Shown piece after piece: positions 55,659 to 64,000 of a stretch of 64,000 bases of DNA. Both the position numbers and the translations under genes were made by a program. The notes beneath the pieces were generated by a model that saw only the letters and a list, made by a program, of their open reading frames with translations, was not told the DNA's origin and did not search any database. The DNA lies in assembly GCA_963779415.1 (NCBI GenBank), contig CAVZYA010000001.1, forward strand, positions 896,001 to 960,000, given 5' to 3'. This stretch comes from an uncultured Acidobacteriota bacterium (GTDB lineage: Bacteria; Acidobacteriota; Thermoanaerobaculia; UBA5066). The number at the start of each line of letters is the position of its first letter. Positions within the stretch are counted from its first letter, which is position 1.

Positions 55659-58406
55659 TCACTTCCGGCCCGGCTCCGGTGCCCAGTTCAGGACGACGTG
55701 CACCGCGCTCGTCTTCCCGGTACGGTCGTACGTGAGAACCAGGAACTTCGATCCGTCCGGGGCGGGGACGTAGAAGTTCCGGGTTCCACCGGGCGTCGTC
55801 TCTCCCGTCGCCGCGTCGAAGAGCGCCTGCGGGGAGCCGGCCGTGAAGGCCGGCGAGGTCGAGACGGGCACCGCCATCAGCCGCCCGTCCGCCGCGAGAT
55901 AGAAGAGTTCCTTCCCGTCCCGCCTCCAGAGCGCCTGGTCGCCGCCTCCCGATGAGACCTGCCACTTTCCGCCCCCCGGCGGGAACGACTGGACGTAGAT
56001 TTCGGACCGGCCAGTCTCGTCCGAGGTGTACGAGAAGAACCTGCCGTCCGGAGAGAGAGCGGCGTGGGCCTCATTGACGGGCGAGTTCAGGAGCGGGACC
56101 GGCTTCTTGTCCCCGCCGAGGGGAAGCATCCAGAGGTCCATCTGGCTTTTCGGGTTCTGACTCTCCACGAGGATCGCCCGACCGTCCTTCGTCCAGTCGT
56201 CCGGCCACTTGGCCTCGTCGGATTTCCAGACGAGCTCCTCGGCCCCGACGCCTGACGCAGCCCTGACGAAGATGTCCGACTTGCCATTCCGGTCCGACCC
56301 ATAGGCGATCCGCTCGCCGTCCGGGGAAAAAATCGGGCTCGCATCCTCTCCTTTTCCGAACGTCAGGCGCGAGACGGTGTTGCGGACGAGATCGAGCATC
56401 CAGACATTGTTTTCGGCCGTACCACCCGTCGCACCGGCAACGACGCGCTTTCCGTCGGGAGAGAGGTAGAACTCGAGGAACGATCCCGGGGGAAGGACGG
56501 TGTCGAGAATGCGGCCGGACCGGTCCCGGTAAGCCAGCCTCCCGGCAGCCTCGTCGTACTCGCGATAGGCGAGGACGCCGCCGCGTGACGCGGAAAACGG
56601 GGAGTAGGCCGTCGGTCCCGAGTTGCCGACATTGTCGAGACCCTCCGCGACGAGAACGGGCGCTCCCGGAGGCCGATCGCTCTTCAGCTCCATCGGCATG
56701 AAGACGAGCCGGTTGTTCCGGGCGGTCAGGAGACCGCCCGGTTCGGCCCACTGGGCAAGGCCGACGCCCCCGGTGAGGCGGCGCGGCTTCGACGCCCCGG
56801 GCTCCGAAAGGAAGACCCCCCTTCCCTCGTCGCTCACCGCCATGGAGACAAAGAGGAATCTCTTCCCGTCGGGGAGGAAGGACGGCCAACGGTGGCTCGT
56901 CTGCTTCAACTCGTCCGAGAGCTTCGTGGCGGCGACAGGCGTCCCTCCTCGGGCGGAGATCCGGTAGAGCGGGTCGCGGGTCGACGGCGCGAAGAGGATG
57001 ACGTCGTCCGCGCCCCATGCCCCGCCCCGCCCGTCCGGCGCGTCGCAGAGTGTCTGGACTATTCCCGTCGCCACCTCGATGACGACGAGCTTTCCGCCCG
57101 AGAAGAAGCCGAGCGACCGGCCGTCCGGGGACCAGAACGGGAACTTCCCGTTCTCCGCGCCCCGGACGGGCTTCGACGTGCTCTCCGAGAGCGTCCGGAC
57201 CCAGATCCCGCTGGCCTCGTCGGACGCGAAGCCGGTGAAGGCGACCTGCCTCCCGTCCGGCGAGACCGCTAGCGAGAGACCCAGCGTCGTCTTCTCGGGC
57301 AGCGGAATATCGAAGCGGACGAGGCCGAAGGATGACGGCACGGATTGTGGGGCGCGAGCGCGCAGCGCGAGCGCCCCCGCTGCGATTGCCAACGCGGCTG
57401 CAATCGCCCAGGAGAAATAGAGAGACTTTCTGCTCCCTCGCGCAGACACCGCCTGTGCGCTGCGACCTACAGCGGAACGCGGCTCCGCCTGCTCTTCTTC
57501 GAAGGGTAATTGACCGGAGGAGCTCGCCGACGCGCCGAGCTCTTCTTCTATGGCGATCCGCGCATCCCCGATGTCGCGCAGGCGCTGCTTTACGTCCCGC
57601 TGGAGGCATCGGTGCAGCAGCTCTCTCACCTTCGAAGAAACCGGCGCGCGAATCGCGCTCCAGTCCGGCTCCTTCATCAGGACGGCGGCGAGAGTGTCGG
57701 AGACCGTCTCCCCCTCGAAGGCCCGCTTCCCCGTCAGCATCTCGTAGAGAACGCAGCCGAACGCCCAGACGTCCGTCCGCTTGTCGAGCGGCTTTCCGCG
57801 GGCCTGCTCCGGCGACATGTACGCCGCCGTCCCGAGGATCATCCCGGCCGCCGTGGCGCGAGCCGTCAGCGTGGGCGATTTCGTCAGCCCCCCGCCCGAT
57901 CCCCCTTTCGAAGAATCCCCTTCTCCCTCGAACGCCTTCGCAAGACCGAAGTCCAGTAGCTTCACCCTTCCGTCCGGAGTCACCTTGACGTTCGCCGGCT
58001 TGAGGTCCCGGTGGACGATCCCCTTCTCGTGCGCCGCCTCCAGCGCCTCGGCGATCTGACGGCCGTACCCAAGGGATTCCTCGAGAGGAAGAGGGCCGGA
58101 GACGAGTCGCTGCCCGAGGTCTTCTCCCTCGACCAGCTCCATCACGAGCAGATGCCTTCCCCCAATTTCTTCGAATGAGTAGATGGCGGCAATTCCGGGA
58201 TGGTTGAGCGTTGCGAGCATGCGCGCCTCGCGTTCGAACCGCGCTCTCCGGTCCTCATCCTCGAAAAACTCTTCGGGGAGGACCTTGATGGCGACGTCCC
58301 TCCCGAGCCGCGTGTCCTTCGCCCGGTAGACCTCGCCCATCCCCCCGGCGCCGAGGGGCGCTGCGATCTCGTACGAGCCGAGGCGGGTGCCGGGCGCGAT
58401 CGTCAT
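55659..58406 (-). CDS. Ser/Thr protein kinase - TM - TolB-like propeller (K5)
   Basis: ATG 58406 overlaps the K6 stop; HRDLKPAN, DFGLAK, GTAAYMSPEQARG. Confidence 0.93.
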   Translation of the reverse strand: MTIAPGTRLGSYEIAAPLGAGGMGEVYRAKDTRLGRDVAIKVLPEEFFEDEDRRARFEREARMLATLNHPGIAAIYSFEEIGGRHLLVMELVEGEDLGQRLVSGPLPLEESLGYGRQIAEALEAAHEKGIVHRDLKPANVKVTPDGRVKLLDFGLAKAFEGEGDSSKGGSGGGLTKSPTLTARATAAGMILGTAAYMSPEQARGKPLDKRTDVWAFGCVLYEMLTGKRAFEGETVSDTLAAVLMKEPDWSAIRAPVSSKVRELLHRCLQRDVKQRLRDIGDARIAIEEELGASASSSGQLPFEEEQAEPRSAVGRSAQAVSARGSRKSLYFSWAIAAALAIAAGALALRARAPQSVPSSFGLVRFDIPLPEKTTLGLSLAVSPDGRQVAFTGFASDEASGIWVRTLSESTSKPVRGAENGKFPFWSPDGRSLGFFSGGKLVVIEVATGIVQTLCDAPDGRGGAWGADDVILFAPSTRDPLYRISARGGTPVAATKLSDELKQTSHRWPSFLPDGKRFLFVSMAVSDEGRGVFLSEPGASKPRRLTGGVGLAQWAEPGGLLTARNNRLVFMPMELKSDRPPGAPVLVAEGLDNVGNSGPTAYSPFSASRGGVLAYREYDEAAGRLAYRDRSGRILDTVLPPGSFLEFYLSPDGKRVVAGATGGTAENNVWMLDLVRNTVSRLTFGKGEDASPIFSPDGERIAYGSDRNGKSDIFVRAASGVGAEELVWKSDEAKWPDDWTKDGRAILVESQNPKSQMDLWMLPLGGDKKPVPLLNSPVNEAHAALSPDGRFFSYTSDETGRSEIYVQSFPPGGGKWQVSSGGGDQALWRRDGKELFYLAADGRLMAVPVSTSPAFTAGSPQALFDAATGETTPGGTRNFYVPAPDGSKFLVLTYDRTGKTSAVHVVLNWAPEPGRK

Positions 58407-61042
58407 TTCGTTCCCTTCAAAGCGGCCGCCCAGTTCGTGACGACGACGACGCCGTCGGGCTCGACGCCCGGCGCACGGCGTATGACGAGGAACCGCTGGC
58501 CGTCCGGGGAGACGTCGTAGGGGAAGAGATGCCAAAGGAGCTCGCCGCTCAGGTCGAACTGAAGGGGAAAGAGGGGCTGCGGCTCGCCGGGCTCCAGCCG
58601 GCCGCTCTCGGGCCGCAGGGCCACCGACATCAGCGTCCCGTCCCGTGCGACATAGAAGAGTTCGGCCCCGTTCCGGTTCCAGACCGGCATCTGCCCCCCG
58701 CCGATCGAGACCTGCCGCAGGGGGCCGTCCGGCACCGGCTGTACGTAGACTTCCCTCTGCCCCGACTCGACCGAGTCGAAGGTGCTCCACCGGCCGTCCG
58801 CCGAGATCGTGGCGTGCTCCTCCGAGAACCCCGATTCGCCGCCCAGGTGTACCGGCTGATTCGGAGCTTCCGGGGAAAGGACCTCCCGGGAATACCGGCC
58901 GGCGGCGAAGACGCTCACGAGCAGGCGCTCTCCGTCGCCGAGGAGCTGCGGGAGCATCTTGTCCTGCCCGGTCCGGGCCAGGACCTTCTCCGACCCCCCG
59001 CCCGCCGGGCGTTCGAAGATGTTGTAGAAGCCGAAGCGGTCGCCGACGTAGGCCACCCGCTCGCTGTCCGGGAACCACGCCGGGTTGAACTCGTCGGCCG
59101 GATCGGGGGTGATCCTCACGCCGGTCCCGCGTGCGGCGTCGAGGACCCAGATGTCGCCGTTCCGTGCGTGGGACGGGTCGCGGAGGGCGACGGCCACCTT
59201 CCGTCCGTCCGGCGAGATCCGGACGTCGATATACCCTGCGACCTCGCCGAGGGTCCCGAGCTCACGCCCTTTCCGGTCCACCCACACGAGACGTCGCTGC
59301 TGCGACCACGATTCGTAGGCAATACGGCTGCCGGCTGCCGAGAGCGAGAGGTAGTTGTCGACGACCGTCCAGTGGACGTTCTCGAAGGCCGGGAAGGGCT
59401 CTCCGAGGAGCCGGAGGCTGCGAGCGTCGAATCGCCAGGCGAGCACCGCGTCATCGCGGCCGAAGAGGAGGTAGCCGGGCTCCGCGTAGACGGCGGAGGA
59501 ATCCGCCGGGAAGAGGACCTTCGTCTCTCTCGAGTCGAGGGAGCCGAGCGCGATCTGCTTCTTCGTAAAGTCGGGGTTGCTCGCAAGGTAGACGAAATGC
59601 CTGCCGTCGGGGAGAAGCCAGGGCTGGTTCTGGTGAACGAACTCGCCGGCGGCGTCGGCCCCGACGGGTCCCGCCACGCCTCCCGACGCCGGAACCTTCT
59701 GAAGGGTACCGCCGAACTCCTTGGCGAAGAGGATCGTGCCGTCGGGGCCCCACGTGCCCCAAACGGCCCCCCCGCTCTCGCAGATCGACTGCGCCGGACC
59801 GCCGTCGGCGCTCATCCGCTTGAGCCTCCCCTCCGCGAAGAAGGCGATCTCCCGGCCGTCCGGCGACCAGAAGCCGCCCCGAGCGTCCTCCGTCCCGGGG
59901 AGGATCCGGAACTCGAGGCTGTCGAGGGGGCGGATCGCGAGCCGGTTCTTGCCTCCGTCGTCCCGGAGAAGCAGGAGAAGGCGCCTCGAGTCCGGGGAAA
60001 GGAGGGCGATGGGCATAAGGTTCTGACCCGGGGGCGCGAGGATCTTGAATCGCGTCCGCTCTCCGGACGGCGTCCCGCCCCGAGACCGGGCGAGGCCGGT
60101 GACTCCGAGCACGAGTGCGAGGGCGGCGACGGCCCACGCGAGCCACTCGCGCCCCGGTCGCCGTGAGGCCGCGGCGGCCGAGCCGGCCCCCGATCCTTCC
60201 CCGATCCACGCGAGCTCCCGGGCGATGTCGCCCGCGCTCTGCCAGCGCTCGTCGGGATCCTTGGCAAGGCAGGTCCTGACGAGACGCTCGAGCGCCGGCG
60301 GCGTCATCGGCTGGATCGTCGAGATCGAAGGGGGATCGCCCGATAGGATCGCCGAGATCAGCGCGGCCTGACTCTTTCCGGAGAAAGCCTTCTTTCCCGT
60401 CACCATCTCGTAGAGGACGGCGCCGAAGGCGAAGATGTCCGAGCGGGCGTCGGCCTCCTTTCCCTCGAGCTGCTCGGGCGCCATGTAGGAAGGCGTCCCG
60501 AGGATCATCCCCTCCCGGGTCACGTCCTTCGCGGACGTCGGGGCCGAGGTGAGGGATTCGACGGCGTCTCTCGTCGTCAGGGACTTCGCCAGCCCGAAGT
60601 CGAGAAGCTTGACGCCCGACGGGGTCACCATGATGTTGCCCGGCTTCAGGTCGCGGTGGACGATCGCCTTTCGATGCGCCGCATCGAGGGCCGAAGCGAT
60701 CCTCTCCCCGAGGCTCAGCGCCTGCCGCAAGGGGAGGGGCCCGCGCGCGATCCGGTCCGCCAGCGTTTCGCCCTCGACCAGCTCCATGACGAGGAGATGT
60801 CTTCCCCCAATTTCTTCGAAGGAGTAGAGGGTGGCGATCCCCGGATGGTTCAGGCTCGCCAGCATGCGAGCCTCTCGCTCGAACCTCTGCCTTCTCTCTT
60901 CATTTTCGAAGAACTCTTCCGGCAGGACCTTCAAGGCAACCGTTCGCCCAAGAAGGGTATCCGTCGCCCGGTAGACCTCGCCCATCCCCCCCGCGCCGAG
61001 GGGAGCCGTGATCCGGTAATGAGCCAGCACCGTGCCGATCAT
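58403..61042 (-). CDS. Ser/Thr protein kinase - TM - TolB-like propeller (K6)
   Basis: HRDLKPGN, DFGLAK, YMAPE; TM helix; SPDG repeats. Confidence 0.93.
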   Translation of the reverse strand: MIGTVLAHYRITAPLGAGGMGEVYRATDTLLGRTVALKVLPEEFFENEERRQRFEREARMLASLNHPGIATLYSFEEIGGRHLLVMELVEGETLADRIARGPLPLRQALSLGERIASALDAAHRKAIVHRDLKPGNIMVTPSGVKLLDFGLAKSLTTRDAVESLTSAPTSAKDVTREGMILGTPSYMAPEQLEGKEADARSDIFAFGAVLYEMVTGKKAFSGKSQAALISAILSGDPPSISTIQPMTPPALERLVRTCLAKDPDERWQSAGDIARELAWIGEGSGAGSAAAASRRPGREWLAWAVAALALVLGVTGLARSRGGTPSGERTRFKILAPPGQNLMPIALLSPDSRRLLLLLRDDGGKNRLAIRPLDSLEFRILPGTEDARGGFWSPDGREIAFFAEGRLKRMSADGGPAQSICESGGAVWGTWGPDGTILFAKEFGGTLQKVPASGGVAGPVGADAAGEFVHQNQPWLLPDGRHFVYLASNPDFTKKQIALGSLDSRETKVLFPADSSAVYAEPGYLLFGRDDAVLAWRFDARSLRLLGEPFPAFENVHWTVVDNYLSLSAAGSRIAYESWSQQRRLVWVDRKGRELGTLGEVAGYIDVRISPDGRKVAVALRDPSHARNGDIWVLDAARGTGVRITPDPADEFNPAWFPDSERVAYVGDRFGFYNIFERPAGGGSEKVLARTGQDKMLPQLLGDGERLLVSVFAAGRYSREVLSPEAPNQPVHLGGESGFSEEHATISADGRWSTFDSVESGQREVYVQPVPDGPLRQVSIGGGQMPVWNRNGAELFYVARDGTLMSVALRPESGRLEPGEPQPLFPLQFDLSGELLWHLFPYDVSPDGQRFLVIRRAPGVEPDGVVVVTNWAAALKGTK

Positions 61043-61088
61043 CCGGACGTAACCGTTCCTTCCTCGCCCTGTCGTCGCCGTGGTTCCG

Positions 61089-62580
61089 TCACCGCGCCTT
61101 CTTCCCGCAGGCTTCGGAAAACCCGAGCTGACAGGCCCTGCGGAAGAACTCGACCGCGCGGCGACGATCGCGAGTCACTCCGTTCCCCTTCTCGTAGGCG
61201 ACGCCGAGGTCGAAGCACCCCTCGCCGTCGCCGCCCTTGCAGGCGAGGTCCAGGAAGGAGGCGGCCTTCGCCGCGTCCGGCACCACGCCCGCGCCGGCGG
61301 AGTAGACGGCCGCCGCGTTGAAGCAGCCGAACGAGTCTCCTCTGCCGCACCCGAGCTCCGAAAGCTCGCGGCCCTTCGTCAGGTCCTTCGGAATGCCATC
61401 GCCGGCGATGAAAAGGCCTCCGAGGAGCGAACAGGCACGCGAGCCGTTCTCGGAGGAGTGAACGTCGTCGGGGTTGGGCGTCCGATCGCAGGCCTCCCGG
61501 AAGATGGCGGCCGCACGCGGTTCGTCCACCTCGACGCCGATTCCGTCTCGGTACGCGCGCCCGAGGTTCACGCAGCCGCCCAGGTTCGACGGCTGGCAGC
61601 TCGTGCCCTCGCACCCGCGCCGGTAGAGCGCAACGGCCCGGGACTTGTCCGTCGCGACTCCTCTGCCTTTCTCGTAGAGGAAGCCGAGGTTGGTGCAGCC
61701 GGTCGTGCTGCCGAGGGTGCAGGCCTCCTCGTACCCCGCCACGGCGCGCGCGACGTCGTGGGCGCCACCGCGCCCCTCATCGGCCATGAGCGCCGCGTTG
61801 TAGCACCCCTGCGCGTCGCCGAGGTCGCACGCCTCGTTGTAGAGCGCGGTGGCGCGGTGGTCGTCCTTCTTCACGAACTTTCCCGTTGCATGGAGGAATG
61901 CCAGGTTCGCGCAGCCGGCGCCGCTCCCGAGCTTGCAGGATCGTTCGGCCGCGGCGACGGATTCGCTTCCCTTGTCCGGCTCGTCCATGAGCTGCAGGGC
62001 CTCGTAGGCACATGCCTCTGCGGAGCCGGAATTGCAGGCCTCCTTGAAGAGCTCGAGAGCGCGCGCGACTTTCGGCCCTCCCCGGCGGCTCCAGAGGAGC
62101 CAGCCCTCCCGGAAGCAGGCGCTCGCGCGGCCGTCCTGACAGGCTTTCTCGAGGAGGGCGTCCTGGTCGACCGCAGACAACAGTCACGTCGAATCTCGTT
62201 CCCGCTCGCCACACCGAGACGCGGACGGGACCACACGAGCGGTTGAAGGCGGCGTCGCCGAAGTCGCAGTCGGTCGCGATGTGAGCCGTGCCGATTTCCT
62301 CCACGACGTCGTTCGGGCGGATCTCCGCCGCCTCGGCGGGGCCTCCGGGCCAGACGTCGGTCACGACCGCGCCCCGGAGCTCCTCCGGCAGAGCGAGCCT
62401 CTTCCGGAGCTGCCTCGAGAGGGGGCCGGCGTCGATGCCGAGCGTTCCGAGGCACCGCGCGGCCGCGGCGGGCGGCGAAGGCGCCGGCGCGGAGGAGGTG
62501 CCGGCGCAGCCTGCGGTCAGAACCGCGGCTCCCAAGGCGATTGCCGCGTCAAGCCGTGCCAAAACCCGTCCGGTCCTCAT
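61089..62580 (-). pseudogene. Lipoprotein with PDZ domain + Sel1-like (Cys-rich HcpA-type) repeats, split by a 1-nt frameshift near 62180
   Basis: ATG 62580 coupled to the K7 stop; lipobox LTAGC; PDZ GAVVTDVWPGGPAEAAEIRPNDVV; Sel1 repeats (ACDLGDAQGCYN etc.) continue in another frame from ~62180. Confidence 0.7.
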
Positions 62581-64000
62581 CGAGCGTCCTTCGTCCCTTC
62601 CCCGGCCCCCAGGCCCTGGCCCCAGTTGAGCGCGATGGCCACCTGACGGCCCTGCGACCCCTCTCTCCGAAACTCGACGAACGCAAAACGCTTTCCGTCG
62701 GACGAGACGTCCCAATTGACGATCGGGTTCGTCCTCCACGAGTACCCCTCGAGCCCTCCGAAGACGAGCTGGGCCGGCCCTGCCCGGAAAGACGGACGCG
62801 TCTCCACATCCACCTTCATCACACGGGAGTTCTGGATGAAGAAGAGCTCGCGGCCGTTCCCGGACCACTTCGGAAACCCTCCGAGGTCCGGCGAAACCTG
62901 CCATCTCGCGTCCCCCTCGAGTGGCCTGACGAAGACAGAGATGCTCCCCGATCCCGCGGCTCCGTTGTAGGCGATGTAGCGGCCGTCGGGCGAGAAGGCG
63001 GGAGCGGCGGCGTCGGGGGCGAAGACGCGGCTCTTGCCGGTCTGTACGTCGACCAGCCGAAGCTCTCTCGCGTTGACGTCCGTGTAGGCGAGAAGCCGGC
63101 CATCGGGGCTCCAGGCAGTCGGAATGACCGCACGGGTTGACGTCTCGCCGATGAGAGTCGCCGAGCCGCTCCCGTCGGCAGGCTTCCGGTGGATTCCCGG
63201 CGACTCGCCCGCCGTCACGACAAAGGCGATCTGCTTGCCGTCCGGGGACCAGACCGGTGCGGCACTGTACTCGTCGAACGTGAGACGGTTTGGCGCCATG
63301 TCGGAGAGCGAGAGCGTCCAGACGTCTCCCGCAAGGCCTCCCCGCCCCTTCCCCACGTTGAAGGCCAGACGCCGGCCGTCCGGCGAGAAGACCGGCGTGT
63401 TGTAGTCCTGCGGCGGCAACGGCAGCCGCGTCGGCTTTCCGCTCCGGTCGATCAGGGTCAGCCAGGACTGGCCCGTCATCGCGCTTCCCGGAACCCAGGC
63501 GAGAGTGCCGTTCCGGGCGACGGAGAGATAGGAGACTCCGCTCGTCGGGTCCCCTCCAAGCTCGCGGAGCACCGGATAGGGCTCCCCCCGGACGGTGGCC
63601 GTCTTCGGATCGAATGCGATCGCAAAGAGGGTCCCGAGACGTACGAAGACGAGCCGGTCGGGCCCCACGAAGCGTGCCGTGCTCGCACCCTTGACGAGCG
63701 TTCGGATCTTGCCTTCGGAGACGACCGCGATGTCGGCACCGTCGTAGTTCTGCGGGCTGTTCTCCCATCCGATCGTGAAGAGGATCCCGGCTCCGTTCGG
63801 CAGGGCCTCGGGCCAGCGGAACGTCCGTTCGTTCTTCTTCGGGTCGGGTTTGGCGAGCTCCATAGGGGCGCCACCGCCCGCCGGAACACGCATGAGGCCT
63901 GAGGCGTATTCCGGCGAATAGACGATCGTGTCGTCCGGCGCCCAGCAGCCTCCGCGAGGCGCCGGCGCGTCGGCGAGCGTCACGGGAATCCCTCCGGACA
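62577..64000 (-). CDS. C-terminal TolB-like propeller of a probable further kinase-receptor (K7); 5' end lies outside the window
   Basis: LADAPAPRGGCWAPDDTIVY..WDVSSDGKRF..IALNW, colinear with the K3-K5 propellers; kinase domain not visible. Confidence 0.8.
   Translation of the reverse strand, partial: SGGIPVTLADAPAPRGGCWAPDDTIVYSPEYASGLMRVPAGGGAPMELAKPDPKKNERTFRWPEALPNGAGILFTIGWENSPQNYDGADIAVVSEGKIRTLVKGASTARFVGPDRLVFVRLGTLFAIAFDPKTATVRGEPYPVLRELGGDPTSGVSYLSVARNGTLAWVPGSAMTGQSWLTLIDRSGKPTRLPLPPQDYNTPVFSPDGRRLAFNVGKGRGGLAGDVWTLSLSDMAPNRLTFDEYSAAPVWSPDGKQIAFVVTAGESPGIHRKPADGSGSATLIGETSTRAVIPTAWSPDGRLLAYTDVNARELRLVDVQTGKSRVFAPDAAAPAFSPDGRYIAYNGAAGSGSISVFVRPLEGDARWQVSPDLGGFPKWSGNGRELFFIQNSRVMKVDVETRPSFRAGPAQLVFGGLEGYSWRTNPIVNWDVSSDGKRFAFVEFRREGSQGRQVAIALNWGQGLGAGEGTKDAR

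Noticed and set aside
58407-59078. N-terminal extension making K5 1139 aa
   Set aside because: Overlaps K6 out of frame; the real start is ATG 58406 (MTIAPGTRLG), as in the paralogues. Similar over-extensions were trimmed for ORFs ending or starting at 3330, 5181, 6678, 13081, 16638, 19294, 24005, 24676, 29711, 31074 and 47700
35664-64000. Diversity-generating retroelement acting on kinase propellers
   Set aside because: No reverse transcriptase and no template/variable repeat pair with adenine-specific differences was seen
1-64000. CRISPR array, tRNA, rRNA, prophage or integron integrase
   Set aside because: No regularly spaced repeats, cloverleaf or rRNA-like segments, phage genes or tyrosine recombinase recognised; intergenic gaps are short

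Overview
High-GC, gene-dense bacterial DNA. The gene repertoire (Pkn2-type kinase/TolB-propeller receptors, carboxypeptidase-regulatory-domain TonB receptor, VPS10 protein, a repeated secreted C-terminal domain) suggests Acidobacteriota, probably Thermoanaerobaculia-like; this is inference only. Layout: (1) 1-5.5 kb: S9 peptidase, MFS transporter, HhH-GPD glycosylase and a LolD/LolE/LolA-like ABC set. (2) 5.6-19.1 kb: a metal-homeostasis island with two cluster A-I metal ABC systems, two outer-membrane barrels, a TonB-dependent receptor, a Tat-exported Fe-SOD and a HEXXH metallopeptidase with a small partner. Three short signal-peptide/HxH/CxxC/RSPP leader ORFs (DUF2946/CruR/CutF-like) each sit directly upstream of an operon. 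Two of them are a duplicated ~360-bp cassette carrying a conserved four-segment 1:2/2:3/3:4 RNA switch over the downstream Shine-Dalgarno; this is the most interesting system in the window. (3) 19.2-21.6 kb: HEAT protein, membrane-anchored Hsp20, an IS3 remnant and a solitary integron-type gene cassette. (4) 21.6-35.2 kb: housekeeping genes (gpsA, plsY, cinA, ABC-F, nucleoside salvage, prolyl oligopeptidase). (5) 35.2-64 kb: seven Ser/Thr kinase-TM-beta-propeller paralogues (one partial) interleaved with two genes collapsed by internal deletions, a hydrolase, a VPS10 protein, vapBC, fhs and a frameshifted PDZ-Sel1 lipoprotein. No rRNA, tRNA or CRISPR array was seen. All calls come from motif recognition by eye, with no database searches.
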